Source: Capsulimonadaceae bacterium (lineage in GTDB: Bacteria; Armatimonadota; Armatimonadia; Armatimonadales; Capsulimonadaceae). From it: a stretch of DNA of 64,000 nt. Made by a program: the position numbers and the translations under genes. The stretch lies in assembly GCA_965215505.1 (NCBI GenBank), contig OZ244065.1, forward strand, positions 4,480,001 through 4,544,000, written 5' to 3'. Every line of letters starts with the position of its first letter. Position 1 is the stretch's first letter. Positions 11,011 to 21,101 of the stretch are shown here, in pieces. A model generated the notes under the pieces. It worked only from the letters and a program-made list of their open reading frames with translations, made no database searches and was not told the DNA's origin.

Positions 11011-13698
11011 TCACCGCTGCGGCTCCCCGTCAGCCAGCGCGTATTCCATTGCCTGCTCCATCGTCATCGCCCGCCCCGCGTCCCAGGCGGCGACGAAGGC
11101 GGCCTCCCCCAGCGCCGCGCGCACGGCAGCCACCTGCGCGTCGATCTTCCCTTGTGCCGCCGGGGGAAAAGGGCTGCCGATGCTCGCGCGCAGGGCGGAG
11201 GCGGCGGCCCCCAACCGCGCCGCTCGTGACGCCTGGCTCTGCCCACAGGCCACGGCAGACATGCCTTCCAAATTACAGGCGATGCCCCGCTGGTCCCCTA
11301 GCTGACGATAGAGGGTCAGGCTCTCCTCGTGCAAGGCCCGCGCCCCTACGAAGTCACCCTGTTCAAAGGCCACAACCCCCAGGTTTATGAGCGATTCGGC
11401 GATGCCGTTCTGGTCCCCCAACTGCCGAGAGAGGGTCAGGCCCTCCTCCTGCAAGGCCCGAGCATCCGCCAAGTCGCCTTGCTGGTAGGCCACATTTCCC
11501 AGGTTGTTCAGCGCGTTGGCGACGCCCTGCTGGTCCCCCAACTGCCGAAAGAGGCTCAGGCCCTCCTCGTACAAGGCCCGCGCCCCCGCAAAGTCGCTCT
11601 GACCAGAGGCCACAACCCCCAGGTTGCCGAGCGAGCCGGCGATGCCCTGCTGGTCCCCCAACTGCCGCCGGATCGTCAGGCTCTCCTCGAACAAGGCCCG
11701 CGCCCCCGCAAAGTCGCCCTGCGCCCAGGCCAGAGCGCCTGCTCCGTTGAGCGCCTTGGCCCGTGCCGCCGATCCCTCCCGGACTCCCACGCCCTCTCTC
11801 CCTGCGCCCTCCGGCTTTATCCGCGCCAACGCCCGGCCCAGCCATTGACGACCCTCCGTAAAGTGGCCGCGCACCCACCAGAACCGCCACAGCGGCCCCG
11901 CCAGGCGCAGGCCATCCTCCCGACCGTCCGCCGACTGCTCCTCCCAAGCAAGGCTCGCCCGCAGGTTGTCGTGCTCCCGCTCCAGACGCCCAAGCCACGA
12001 CGCCTGCTCAGGACCCCGCAACTGGCTCTCCGCCTCCTCCGCCAGACCCAGGAACCAAGACGCCGACCGACCCTGCACCGCCGCCGCCTCCCCGCTCTCC
12101 CCCAGACGGTCCCCCGCGTACTGCCGCACTGTCTCCAGCAGTCGGTAGCGCCCCACATCCCCGTCTACCCCTTCTTCATACACCGCCAGCGACTTGTCTG
12201 CTAACCCCGTCAGCAGGTCCAGCACCTCCCACCCCTCGACGCCATCGCCCGAACAGACCCCCTCTGCCGCCGCCAGAGTCCAACCCCCCGCGAAGACCGA
12301 CAGCCGGCAGAGCAAGGTCTTCTCCGCCGCAGTCAGCAGGTCATACGACCAGTCAATCAAAGCCCGCAGCGTCTGCTGCCGGGGGAGCGTGTTCCTCGCA
12401 CCGCCCGTCAGCAGCCGGAACCTCTGGCCCAGCCGCGTGTTGATCTCCTCCACCGACAAAGACCGCACCCGCGCCGCCGCCAGTTCCAGGGCCAGCGGGA
12501 TGCCGTCCAGGCGGAAACACACCCGCGCCACGGCGGGCGCGTTCCCGTTTGTCACCGCGAACGACGGCCGCACGGCCTGGGCGCGCTCGATGAACAGGCG
12601 CACCGCCTCGAACTGAGACAGCGACTCGAGCGTCTGCGCCCGCTTGGGGTCCGGCATGGACAATGACGGGACGCGGTAGACCTGCTCGCCCGCCACGTTC
12701 AGCGGCTCGCGCGAGGAGGCCAGCAGGTGAACGTCTGGGCAAGCGCGCAGCAGGTCGGCGGTCAGGGAGGCACAGGCGGCGACCAGATGCTCGCAGTTAT
12801 CCAGGACGAGCAGGAGGCGCTTGGCCTTCAAGGCATTCACGAGCGTCTGCTGGATCGGCTTTCCGGCCTGCTCCTGGACGCCCAGCACGTCGGCGACGGC
12901 CTGGGGGACGAGGGCGGGGTCGGAGAGTGCAGCCAGCTCGACGAGCCAGACGCCGTCGCCGTCGCCCGTCAGCAGGTCGGCGGCCACTTGCAGCGACAGC
13001 CGCGTCTTGCCCGCCCCGCCCGGCCCTACCAGAGTCAGCAGGCGCGTCCGGCCCAGCAGCGCCTCGACCTCCTCCACCTGTTTCTCGCGCCCGATGAAAC
13101 TCGTGGGCTGCTGGGGCAGGTTGTTGGGCAGGTCCGGGTTGTCCAGCGAGCGCAGGGGCGGGAAATCGGCGGCGAGCGCGGGGTGGAGAAGCTGGAAGAC
13201 CTGTTCGGGGCGTCCGAGGTCCTTGAGCCGGTGCTGGTTCAGGTCGCGCAGGGTGGCACCCGGCGGTAGCGCGTCCTGGACCAGTTCGCGTGTGGCCGTG
13301 GAGAGCAGCACCTGGCCGCCATGCCCCGCCGCCATCAGCCGGGCGACGCGGTTGAGGGGCGGTCCGAAGTAGTCGCCGCCGCGCTCTTCGGCGGCCCCGG
13401 TGTGCAGGGCCATCCGCACGGAAAGTGGCGTGGGCATCTCCCACGGCTCGGCGGCGAGTGCGAGTTGGGCGGCGAGGGTGGCCTCCAGCGCATCGTTTGC
13501 GGTGGGGAAGGCGGCGCAGAAGGCATCGCCGACGGTCTTGAAGACGTAGCCTTCATGGTCCTCGATATTGCTGCGAAGGAGGTCTTCGTGGCGGGCGAGG
13601 GCTTGGCGCATGGCCTCGGGGCGCTGCTCCCAGAGCTTCGTGCTGCCCTCGATGTCGGTGAACAGGAACGTGACGGTGCCGGTAGGCGGGAGAGGCAT
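11011..13698 (-). CDS. class III nucleotide cyclase - STAND ATPase - TPR protein
   Basis: [58 protein letters not shown]-terminal TPR repeats. Confidence 0.9.
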   Translation of the reverse strand: MPLPPTGTVTFLFTDIEGSTKLWEQRPEAMRQALARHEDLLRSNIEDHEGYVFKTVGDAFCAAFPTANDALEATLAAQLALAAEPWEMPTPLSVRMALHTGAAEERGGDYFGPPLNRVARLMAAGHGGQVLLSTATRELVQDALPPGATLRDLNQHRLKDLGRPEQVFQLLHPALAADFPPLRSLDNPDLPNNLPQQPTSFIGREKQVEEVEALLGRTRLLTLVGPGGAGKTRLSLQVAADLLTGDGDGVWLVELAALSDPALVPQAVADVLGVQEQAGKPIQQTLVNALKAKRLLLVLDNCEHLVAACASLTADLLRACPDVHLLASSREPLNVAGEQVYRVPSLSMPDPKRAQTLESLSQFEAVRLFIERAQAVRPSFAVTNGNAPAVARVCFRLDGIPLALELAAARVRSLSVEEINTRLGQRFRLLTGGARNTLPRQQTLRALIDWSYDLLTAAEKTLLCRLSVFAGGWTLAAAEGVCSGDGVEGWEVLDLLTGLADKSLAVYEEGVDGDVGRYRLLETVRQYAGDRLGESGEAAAVQGRSASWFLGLAEEAESQLRGPEQASWLGRLEREHDNLRASLAWEEQSADGREDGLRLAGPLWRFWWVRGHFTEGRQWLGRALARIKPEGAGREGVGVREGSAARAKALNGAGALAWAQGDFAGARALFEESLTIRRQLGDQQGIAGSLGNLGVVASGQSDFAGARALYEEGLSLFRQLGDQQGVANALNNLGNVAYQQGDLADARALQEEGLTLSRQLGDQNGIAESLINLGVVAFEQGDFVGARALHEESLTLYRQLGDQRGIACNLEGMSAVACGQSQASRAARLGAAASALRASIGSPFPPAAQGKIDAQVAAVRAALGEAAFVAAWDAGRAMTMEQAMEYALADGEPQR
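11281..11730. repeat. intragenic ~120-bp tandem repeats (TPR units), about 3.5 copies
   Basis: Near-identical blocks 'tggtcccc(c/t)a..ctg' and 'aaggcccg' recur with a 120-bp period (11281, 11401, 11521, 11641). Confidence 0.9.
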
Positions 13699-13961
13699 GG
13701 TGGTCCTCCTCGATGTGTCGCAGGACGTGTCGCAGGACGAGGGACGGCGGTAACAGTTCCACGGGTACGCCGGGATTTCCTGCCCGCCACTGTGACACGG
13801 GGGGCGCTCAAGGATTATGACAAGCCACCGGCACTCCCAGTGCCGGTCTACTGAGGAGTGAAAGTCGCTCCGCGACTGAGGACAGGAGGACAAGCCGGCA
13901 GGGGTCTGAGTCTTCACGATGGGCGTTGGTTTACAAGTGATGGCCTCCTAGCGAGGGGGTA

Positions 13962-14115
13962 CGAGTGGTTGGAAACCACTCGCTAGGAGCAGCGTCCTTC
14001 GGACGAGAACCAGCCCGGCCGAGGGATACGGGCATCTTCGCGCATGGCCGCACAGTTCCGTATTCCTCTGCCGTCCGCAGGACGCCTTTTCTAGCGAGTG
14101 GTTTCCAACCACTCG
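13962..14115. repeat. REPIN-like element (inverted REP doublet)
   Basis: CGAGTGGTTGGAAACCACTCGCTAG ... CTAGCGAGTGGTTTCCAACCACTCG. Confidence 0.8.
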
Positions 14116-14134
14116 GCCTCTCTCGGCTATTGAT

Positions 14135-16477
14135 CTAATCGCTTGCCAGCGTGATGACCACCGAACCCGCGCCCGCCGTTGGCCGAATCAGAACACCGCC
14201 CTCAGTCGTCTCCGCCGCGCCGCCCTGCACCGCCTCAACGCCCGCGATGCCCACCAGCAGCACCCGCCAGTCGCCTTCGCCGCGCACGTCCGCCGTGAGC
14301 GTCCGGCCCCGCCGCTTGACTTCGATCACCAAAGCCTCGCCGCCCTCGCGGGTCGGGACCACGGCGCTCATCGTCGCGCCTTCCGATGCCTCATAGACCT
14401 GGAACGTGACGCCGCTTGCGTAGTCATAGTCCGGGCGGTCGTCGGTGTCGCCGACGGGGATGACCGAGCCGGGCCGCACCAGCAGGGGCAGGCTCAGGAA
14501 GCCGTGCGTTTCGTTGACCCAGCGCGGGCCGACAATGACCCGGCCCGTCAGGAAGTCGGTCCAGCGGCCTTCGGGCACATAGTAGCTCACGCGGTCATTT
14601 GAAAAGACGGGGGCGACCAGCAGGGACGGGCCGAGCATGTACTGGCGGTCCAAATAGTCGGAGGCCGGGTCGTCCGGGAACTCCAAGAGCATGGCGCGCA
14701 TCATCGGGGCACCCGTCTGGTGCGCCTCAGTGGCCGCGCCGAACAGATACGGCATGAGCCGGCACTTGAGCTTGGTGAAGAAGCGCAGCACGTCCACGGC
14801 TTCATCGTCATACACCCAGGGCACCCGGTACGACGAGCTTCCGTGCAGGCGGCTGTGCGGGGACAGCAGGCCGAAGGCCACCCAGCGTTTGTAGACGGCG
14901 GCGGGCGGCGTCCCCTCGAAGCCGCCGATGTCGTGGCTCCAGAACCCGAACCCGGACAGGCACAGCGACAGGCCGCCACGCAGGCTCTCGGCCATGGACT
15001 CGAACTCCGAGGCACAGTCGCCGCCCCAGTGGACCGGGAACTGCTGGCTCCCCGCTGACCCCGACCGCGCGAACAGGACCGCCTCTCCCTCCCCGCGCTC
15101 CTGACGCAGCAGGTCGAAGACCACTTTGTTGTAGAGGTACGAGTAGTAGTTGTGCATCCCCGCCGGGTCCGACCCGTCAAAGTAGGCGACATCGGTCGGG
15201 ATGCGCTCCCCGAAGTCCGTCTTGAAGCAATCCACGCCCTGATGGAGCAGTGCCCGTAGCTTGCCCGCGTACCACGCAGCGGCCTCGGGGTTGGTGAAGT
15301 CCACGATGCCCATGCCCGGCTGCCACTGGTCGGTCTGCCAGACGGACCCGTCGGCCCGCTTCAGCAGGTAGCCATTTGCCTCGCCCTCCTTGAACAGCGG
15401 CGACCGCTGGCCGATGTACGGGTTGATCCAGACGCAGATGTGCAGGCCGCGCTCCTTGAGCCGCGCGAGCATCCCCGCCGGGTCCGGGAAGACGCGCGCG
15501 TCCCACTCGAAGTCGCACCAGCGGAACTCGCGCATCCAGAAGCAGTCGAAGTGGAAGACGTGCAGCGGCAGGTCTCGGTCGGCCATGCCCTGGATGAACC
15601 CCGTGACCGTGTCCTCATCGTAGCTCGTCGTGAACGAGGTCGTCAGCCACAGCCCGAACGACCACGGCGGCGGCAGCGCGGGCCGCCCGGTCAGGGCCGT
15701 ATACTTTGCCAGCACCTCTTTGGGCGAAGGCCCGTAGATGACGAAGTATTCCAATGCTCGGCCCGGAACGCTGAACTGGACGCGCGAGACCTTCTCCGAG
15801 GCCACTTCAAACGAGACGTTCTCGGGGTGGTTGACGAAGACGCCGTAGCCCCGATTGGTCAAATAGAACGGCACGTTTTTGTAGGCCTGGTCGCTGCCGG
15901 TGCCGCCGTCCTTGTTCCACATCTCCACGACCTGGCCGTTCTTGGCAAAGGCCGTGAACCGCTCGCCTAGGCCGTAGACGTTCTCGCCGACGCCAAGCCC
16001 GAGCCGCGTCATCATGTACGGCCCGAGCGGGTCACCTTCGGCCCCCGCGCCAAGCTCGGCCAGGCCCATGCTGCGGTCCCCACTCCGGGTGACGATTTTG
16101 CCCTCGGCGTCTACGAAGTCCAGGCTAAAGCCCGACCGGCTGACGCGCGCCGTCAGGCTCCCGCTGGTCAGGGAGGCGTACTGCTCGCCGTCCTGCACCG
16201 TGACCTCGTGCCCCTCCTGCGGGTAGACGGGGAAGTGCGGGCCGGAATCGAGGCCGCCCTCGTAGTGCGTCAGGCGCACCCGGATCACGTCCGGCATCGG
16301 GGAAGAGAGCCTCAGGGTCAGCAGCGGCCCAGTGAGCGTATCGCCCCGGTGCCGGATCGGCTGGGCTGGGGCGTAGACCGTCAGCGTCTCGTCGGTCGCG
16401 TCTACTTCGTGTGCCTGCGCCGGGTAGGAAGCGCGCACGCCCTGACGCATCAGCCAGTTGCCATCGGTAAATTTCAT
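14135..16477 (-). CDS. yicI: alpha-xylosidase, GH31
   Basis: MKFTDGNWL start, HFDCFWM, FKTDFGERIP, HWGGD, WSHDIGGFE. Confidence 0.93.
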   Translation of the reverse strand: MKFTDGNWLMRQGVRASYPAQAHEVDATDETLTVYAPAQPIRHRGDTLTGPLLTLRLSSPMPDVIRVRLTHYEGGLDSGPHFPVYPQEGHEVTVQDGEQYASLTSGSLTARVSRSGFSLDFVDAEGKIVTRSGDRSMGLAELGAGAEGDPLGPYMMTRLGLGVGENVYGLGERFTAFAKNGQVVEMWNKDGGTGSDQAYKNVPFYLTNRGYGVFVNHPENVSFEVASEKVSRVQFSVPGRALEYFVIYGPSPKEVLAKYTALTGRPALPPPWSFGLWLTTSFTTSYDEDTVTGFIQGMADRDLPLHVFHFDCFWMREFRWCDFEWDARVFPDPAGMLARLKERGLHICVWINPYIGQRSPLFKEGEANGYLLKRADGSVWQTDQWQPGMGIVDFTNPEAAAWYAGKLRALLHQGVDCFKTDFGERIPTDVAYFDGSDPAGMHNYYSYLYNKVVFDLLRQERGEGEAVLFARSGSAGSQQFPVHWGGDCASEFESMAESLRGGLSLCLSGFGFWSHDIGGFEGTPPAAVYKRWVAFGLLSPHSRLHGSSSYRVPWVYDDEAVDVLRFFTKLKCRLMPYLFGAATEAHQTGAPMMRAMLLEFPDDPASDYLDRQYMLGPSLLVAPVFSNDRVSYYVPEGRWTDFLTGRVIVGPRWVNETHGFLSLPLLVRPGSVIPVGDTDDRPDYDYASGVTFQVYEASEGATMSAVVPTREGGEALVIEVKRRGRTLTADVRGEGDWRVLLVGIAGVEAVQGGAAETTEGGVLIRPTAGAGSVVITLASD

Positions 16478-16483
16478 GGCGCT

Positions 16484-16551
16484 ATTATACTGCGAAGTCG
16501 CCGTTTGCACAAGTAGAGTCTCTTGACTCGGCTCCCATTCGCCGCTATAAT
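16484..16551. promoter_or_regulatory. divergent promoters for GH31 (leaderless) and GH2
   Basis: Minus-strand TATAAT at 16484-16489, 6 nt before ATG; plus-strand TTGACT-N17-TATAAT at 16523-16551; GAGTC-N4-GACTC palindrome overlaps that -35. Confidence 0.7.
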
Positions 16552-16611
16552 CAAAGCATAACCTGACGACCCCGCAATGCGCCGGCTCCGCCGGCCCCCC
16601 GAACTAACCCG

Positions 16612-19600
16612 ATGAAAACAAAACTTTTTCTCTGCTTCTTTGCCCTCCTTGCGCCGGTATCTGTGACGCCGGCCATGTCCCAGATCATGCCGTCGGCCAC
16701 GCCGGGCGTGTCCCCCGCCTCACTGCCCCTGCCGCTGCCCGGCATGTCCGCGCTGCCTCCGGACCGGCTGCGGGCCGAAAACCCGTGGAACCTGCCAATG
16801 ACCGGCCTGTGGCGTTTCAAGCTGACCCACGGGCGAATCATAGACGGCCATTTCCAGACGGGGCCGCCCGGAGACCGGTTCGTGACCGCCTCCAGCAGCG
16901 AGAACGGCAACCCGCCCCGAAACGCCTTCGACGGTGACCCCAACACGCGCTGGTGCGCCGACGGCCCGACCTTCCCGCAGCGTCTCCAGGCCGACCTGGG
17001 GCGGACCCGGCGCGTCTCCGGCCTCACCCTGACTTGGGAGAAGCCCGACGAGCGGTTCCAGTGCCGCGTGGAGGGCGGCGCGGACGGGCGGCGCTGGACG
17101 ACGCTGGCGGATGCGTCCGCCGCGCCCGGCCTCGGCGACGGGCCAGTGACGCTCACGCCCGCCGACGTCCGCTACGTCCGCGTCGTCGTCCTGGGCGGCG
17201 CATCGGGCAACTGGGCGTCCCTCCGCGAGTGCCGGATTCAGTTCGTTGAGGACGGCAAGGAGGTCGCCTGGCAGCCGCCCGCCCCGGAGCCTGTGACCGT
17301 CCCGGCCTCCGACACCGACTTCGCCCAGCCCGCCACGGCGGACCAGGACTGGGACAATCTCGCCGTCCCCTCCAACTGGGAGATGGCGGGCTACTCCGTC
17401 CCGACCTACAACTCCGTGGATGACACCGTGGGCCAATACCGGCGCTATGTCACCATCCCCAAGACGTGGACGGGCCGGCACATCTTCTGGCGCTTCGACG
17501 GGGCATTGGTCGGCGCGGAGGTCTTCGTCAACGGACAGTCGGCGGGCTACCACGAGAGCGGCTATACGGCCTTCGATGTGGACGTGACCGGCCTGGTCAA
17601 GCCAGGCCAGCGCAACCTGTTCGCCGTGCGCGTCTCCAAAACGACGCCCTCTTCGGACTGCGAGACCGGGGACTTCCAGTGCATGGGAGGCATCTACCGG
17701 GAGACGTCTTTGATCTCCGTCCCCGCCACACACGTCCACGACCTGACCGTGCGGACCCCCCTGGCCGCCAACCACCAGGACGCCACCCTCGCCGCCGACG
17801 TGCAGGTGATGGGGACGCCGGGCGAGGCGGTCGGCCTGGCCGGAACCCTGGTCGGGTCAGACGGGCGGCAGACGCCGGTCCGGCTGGCCGGGTCTGGCCG
17901 CGTCGGCGCGGACGGGACGGTCACGGTCGCCCTGAGCAGCCCCGTCGCCGCCCCCAGGCTGTGGTCGGCGGAGAAGCCGAACCTGTACTACCTCGTCTTG
18001 CAGTTAACGCGCGCCGGCAAACCGGTCGAACGGGTGGAGCAGCGGTTCGGGTTCCACCAGGTCGAGATCCGAAACAACGTAGTTTTGTGGAACGGCAAGC
18101 CCATCAAATGCACCGGCGTCTGCCGGCACGACGAGTGGGCCGACAAGGGCTTCGCGCTGACCGATGTGCAGTGGCGCAAAGATTTGAGCATGATGAAGGC
18201 CGCCAACATCAACGCCATCCGCACCTCCCACTACAACCATGCCGCCCGGTTCCTGGAACTGTGCGAGGAGCAGGGCGTCTATATCCTGGACGAAGTGCCC
18301 TTCTGCTGGATCAATGAGAAGAATAATGACCCCGCCTTCGCGCCCGCCCTGCTGCGCCGCGCCGCCGACACCCTGGGCCGCGACAAGAACCGGCCCTGCG
18401 TTCTCTCCTGGAGCCTGGGCAACGAGAACGGGGTCGGGAAGAACTCCCAGACCGTGATCGATTTCGTCAAGGCGCAGGACCCGACGCGCCCCTCCTTCAT
18501 CTCGCAGGGCGGCTATTGGGGACCGAAGGGGCAGTCCTTCCAGGACATGCACTACCCGACGCCCGCCGACGTGGACAACTACGTCGCTCGGGACTCGGGC
18601 AGGCTGCCCGCCCAGTTCTCCGAGCAGCCGCACATCTTCTACCAGAAAGAGGCGCAGGACTTCGACCCCGGCGCCTCCGATCTCTGGTCCGAAACCCTGA
18701 CGCGGACCTGGGACAAGATCCGGGTCGCGCCGACGATCCTCGGCTCGTTCATCTGGGAGTGGCAGAACCAGGGCATCGCGGACCCGAACCCCGACAAGAC
18801 GCGCGACTTCTACTACGGCAGAGACTATCTGCGCCAGGAGAACAACAAGGGCGTCGTGGACGCCTACCGCAACCCCAAGCCCGAGTATTGGATCGTTAAG
18901 ATGGCCTACAGCCCGGTCGGCATCGGCGCGCGCACGGTTTCCCCGGTGGGCGGCTCCTGTGCGGTCGCACTCACGAACCGCTACTCCTTCACCGACCTCA
19001 GCGAACTCCCCTGCCGCTGGACCGCCCTCAGCGGCGCGGCCGTCCTGAAGAGCGGCGTCAGCCGCATCCCCTGCGCCCCTGGCGGGTCGGCGACGGCTCA
19101 CTTCCCGGCCCCGGCCAACATGACCGCGCTGCGCCTGGAGTTCGTCCGGGCCGATGGAGTCGCGCTTGCCCTCGCGCGGCTGGATGTGACGGGTGCCCCG
19201 GCCCCGATGCCGCCCGCTGCCGTTGCCACCGGCGGGCCGCTGGCCGTTCAGGACGGCGCGGACGCGCTGACGGTCAGCAGCGCCGCGCAGGCCATCACCT
19301 TTGATAAGGCCGACGGGTCCATCCGGTCCTGGCACGTCGCTGGGCGCGACATGCTGGCGTCCGGCCCCGCGCTCACCCTGGGCGAGTCGCGCGGCGGCAA
19401 CACGAGAGGCTATTACCGGTCTGCCACACCGCCCGTCACGGGCGGCGCGACCGTCACCTCCCAGACTCAGCCGGACGGCTCCGTCCGCGTCGCCGTCACC
19501 GGCCCCGTCTTGGCGAGCGTTGGAGGTCAAGCCCTTGGCACTCTCGACCGCACCTACGACATCCGGCCTACGGGCGAGGTCGCCGTCCACTGGACACTCA

Positions 19601-20037
19601 ACTGGACTGCCCCCCAGACCAATCTGTGGGAGGTCGGCATGAAGCTCGCCGCCCCCGCCGCCGACACCCGCCTGAACTGGCTGCGCGACTCGTTCTTCAC
19701 CGTCTACCCCGCCGGGCACCTGGGCGAGCCGACCGGAACCGCCGTCGCCGGCAGCACCCTGTTCCGCGCCTCCAAGCGCGGCCTGCACTGGTTGACGCTC
19801 ACGGATGCATCGGGCGCAGGCCTCGCCCTCCTGGAAGACGGCTCGCCGCTCGTGGGCCGCGCCCAGCCCACAGACGGGGCCACAGCCCTGTTCGCCAGCC
19901 GCGAAGTCGCCGTGTCCAAGGAGTTCAGCGGGACTTGGGTGGCTGACCATGACATCGTCGCCGCTCCGGGCAAGCCGATCACCGGGGCCTTCACCCTGCG
20001 CGCGGTCGCGCCGGGCCGGGCCGTGGCGAAGCGATAG
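16612..20037 (+). CDS. secreted GH2 beta-galactosidase-like enzyme with F5/8 type C (CBM32-like) insert
   Basis: Signal peptide; NAFDGDPNTRW; NINAIRTSHY, WSLGNE, FIWEWQNQG. Confidence 0.88.
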   Translation: MKTKLFLCFFALLAPVSVTPAMSQIMPSATPGVSPASLPLPLPGMSALPPDRLRAENPWNLPMTGLWRFKLTHGRIIDGHFQTGPPGDRFVTASSSENGNPPRNAFDGDPNTRWCADGPTFPQRLQADLGRTRRVSGLTLTWEKPDERFQCRVEGGADGRRWTTLADASAAPGLGDGPVTLTPADVRYVRVVVLGGASGNWASLRECRIQFVEDGKEVAWQPPAPEPVTVPASDTDFAQPATADQDWDNLAVPSNWEMAGYSVPTYNSVDDTVGQYRRYVTIPKTWTGRHIFWRFDGALVGAEVFVNGQSAGYHESGYTAFDVDVTGLVKPGQRNLFAVRVSKTTPSSDCETGDFQCMGGIYRETSLISVPATHVHDLTVRTPLAANHQDATLAADVQVMGTPGEAVGLAGTLVGSDGRQTPVRLAGSGRVGADGTVTVALSSPVAAPRLWSAEKPNLYYLVLQLTRAGKPVERVEQRFGFHQVEIRNNVVLWNGKPIKCTGVCRHDEWADKGFALTDVQWRKDLSMMKAANINAIRTSHYNHAARFLELCEEQGVYILDEVPFCWINEKNNDPAFAPALLRRAADTLGRDKNRPCVLSWSLGNENGVGKNSQTVIDFVKAQDPTRPSFISQGGYWGPKGQSFQDMHYPTPADVDNYVARDSGRLPAQFSEQPHIFYQKEAQDFDPGASDLWSETLTRTWDKIRVAPTILGSFIWEWQNQGIADPNPDKTRDFYYGRDYLRQENNKGVVDAYRNPKPEYWIVKMAYSPVGIGARTVSPVGGSCAVALTNRYSFTDLSELPCRWTALSGAAVLKSGVSRIPCAPGGSATAHFPAPANMTALRLEFVRADGVALALARLDVTGAPAPMPPAAVATGGPLAVQDGADALTVSSAAQAITFDKADGSIRSWHVAGRDMLASGPALTLGESRGGNTRGYYRSATPPVTGGATVTSQTQPDGSVRVAVTGPVLASVGGQALGTLDRTYDIRPTGEVAVHWTLNWTAPQTNLWEVGMKLAAPAADTRLNWLRDSFFTVYPAGHLGEPTGTAVAGSTLFRASKRGLHWLTLTDASGAGLALLEDGSPLVGRAQPTDGATALFASREVAVSKEFSGTWVADHDIVAAPGKPITGAFTLRAVAPGRAVAKR

Positions 20038-20065
20038 TCTTGCTGCAATCGAAAGGAAATAGAAA

Positions 20066-20992
20066 ATGACTGTTATCACCCCTACGGGCTTGGTCGGAAC
20101 CTCAGCGCGGCTGCCGGGCCTGACCCGCTACGTCTACGGCACCACGCGGCTCGGCGACGGCTCCCTGCCCTTCGAGGCGCGCGTCGCCGTCGCCCGCGCC
20201 GCCATTGATGCGGGCGTGTCCCTGCACACCAGCCACTCCTACGGGGACGCCCTGCAAGTCCTGCGGGCGGCTCTGGATCAGGACCGCTCCACCATCCCCA
20301 CCATGATCTACAAGATCGGCTGGGACTCGGTCGCGCAGATCCGCGAGGTCATCCAGCAGAACCTCGAACCGCTGGCCCTGGACCACATGGCCGTCGGCCA
20401 GCTCTGCCTGGGCGGCCCGCTGGCCGAACAGTTCCGCACCGGTGGCCCCGCCTGCGCCGAGCTGCGCGGGCTGAAGGAAGAGGGCTTGGTCGGGCGCTTC
20501 GTGCTGGAAACCTGGCCCTGGAGTTCCGATGTGCCTGTGGACGCCCTCCGCGGCGGCCACGCCGAGGGCCTGATTGACGGCTACATCTTCTACCTGAATC
20601 CCTTGCAGCGCTTCGTTTCGGACGCCCTGTGGGACCTGCTCCAAGAGCGTGGGGAGACGATCGTTGCCATGCGGACCGTCGCGGGCGGGTCGCTGGACCG
20701 GCTGAAGGAGAATGGCCCGGAGTACCTGCGGACGCGGGCGGCACAGATGGCCCCCGTCTACGCGCGTTCGGGCTGCGGGTCGTGGCCGGAGTTCTGCGCG
20801 CGTTTTGCTCTGGGGTATTCCAACGTGGCGGCGACGGTGGGGGCGACCTCGCGGGTGGAGAACCTGCGCGAGTTCACGGCGGCGGTGGAGGCTGTGGAGC
20901 CGCTGCCGGCTGACGTGGTAGCGGAGATCGAGGCCTTACAGCGGCGCTGGGCCGACGAACACGACCGGCATGCGGCCCCGTGGTCCATGTAG
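20066..20992 (+). CDS. aldo/keto reductase-like protein (divergent)
   Basis: YGTTRLG, HTSHSYG, VGATSRVENLRE resemble AKR barrel motifs. Confidence 0.7.
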   Translation: MTVITPTGLVGTSARLPGLTRYVYGTTRLGDGSLPFEARVAVARAAIDAGVSLHTSHSYGDALQVLRAALDQDRSTIPTMIYKIGWDSVAQIREVIQQNLEPLALDHMAVGQLCLGGPLAEQFRTGGPACAELRGLKEEGLVGRFVLETWPWSSDVPVDALRGGHAEGLIDGYIFYLNPLQRFVSDALWDLLQERGETIVAMRTVAGGSLDRLKENGPEYLRTRAAQMAPVYARSGCGSWPEFCARFALGYSNVAATVGATSRVENLREFTAAVEAVEPLPADVVAEIEALQRRWADEHDRHAAPWSM

Positions 20993-21038
20993 AGGCAGGG
21001 GACGGGGACCCGGCCCGAAAGACCCGGCGCGCATGAAC

Positions 21039-21060
21039 CCGGCCCTGAAGGGCCGGTCTA
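21039..21060. repeat. single REP-like hairpin
   Basis: CCGGCCC-TGAA-GGGCCGG followed by TCTA, between convergent genes. Confidence 0.55.
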
Positions 21061-21101
21061 CTCCCGGCTCCGCCGGAGGGCCGCCCCTTCGGGGCTTCGG
21101 A

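Noticed and set aside
13715-13738. 12-bp tandem GTGTCGCAGGAC x2 upstream of the cyclase gene
   Set aside because: Only two copies and no other support; could be chance or a small duplication.
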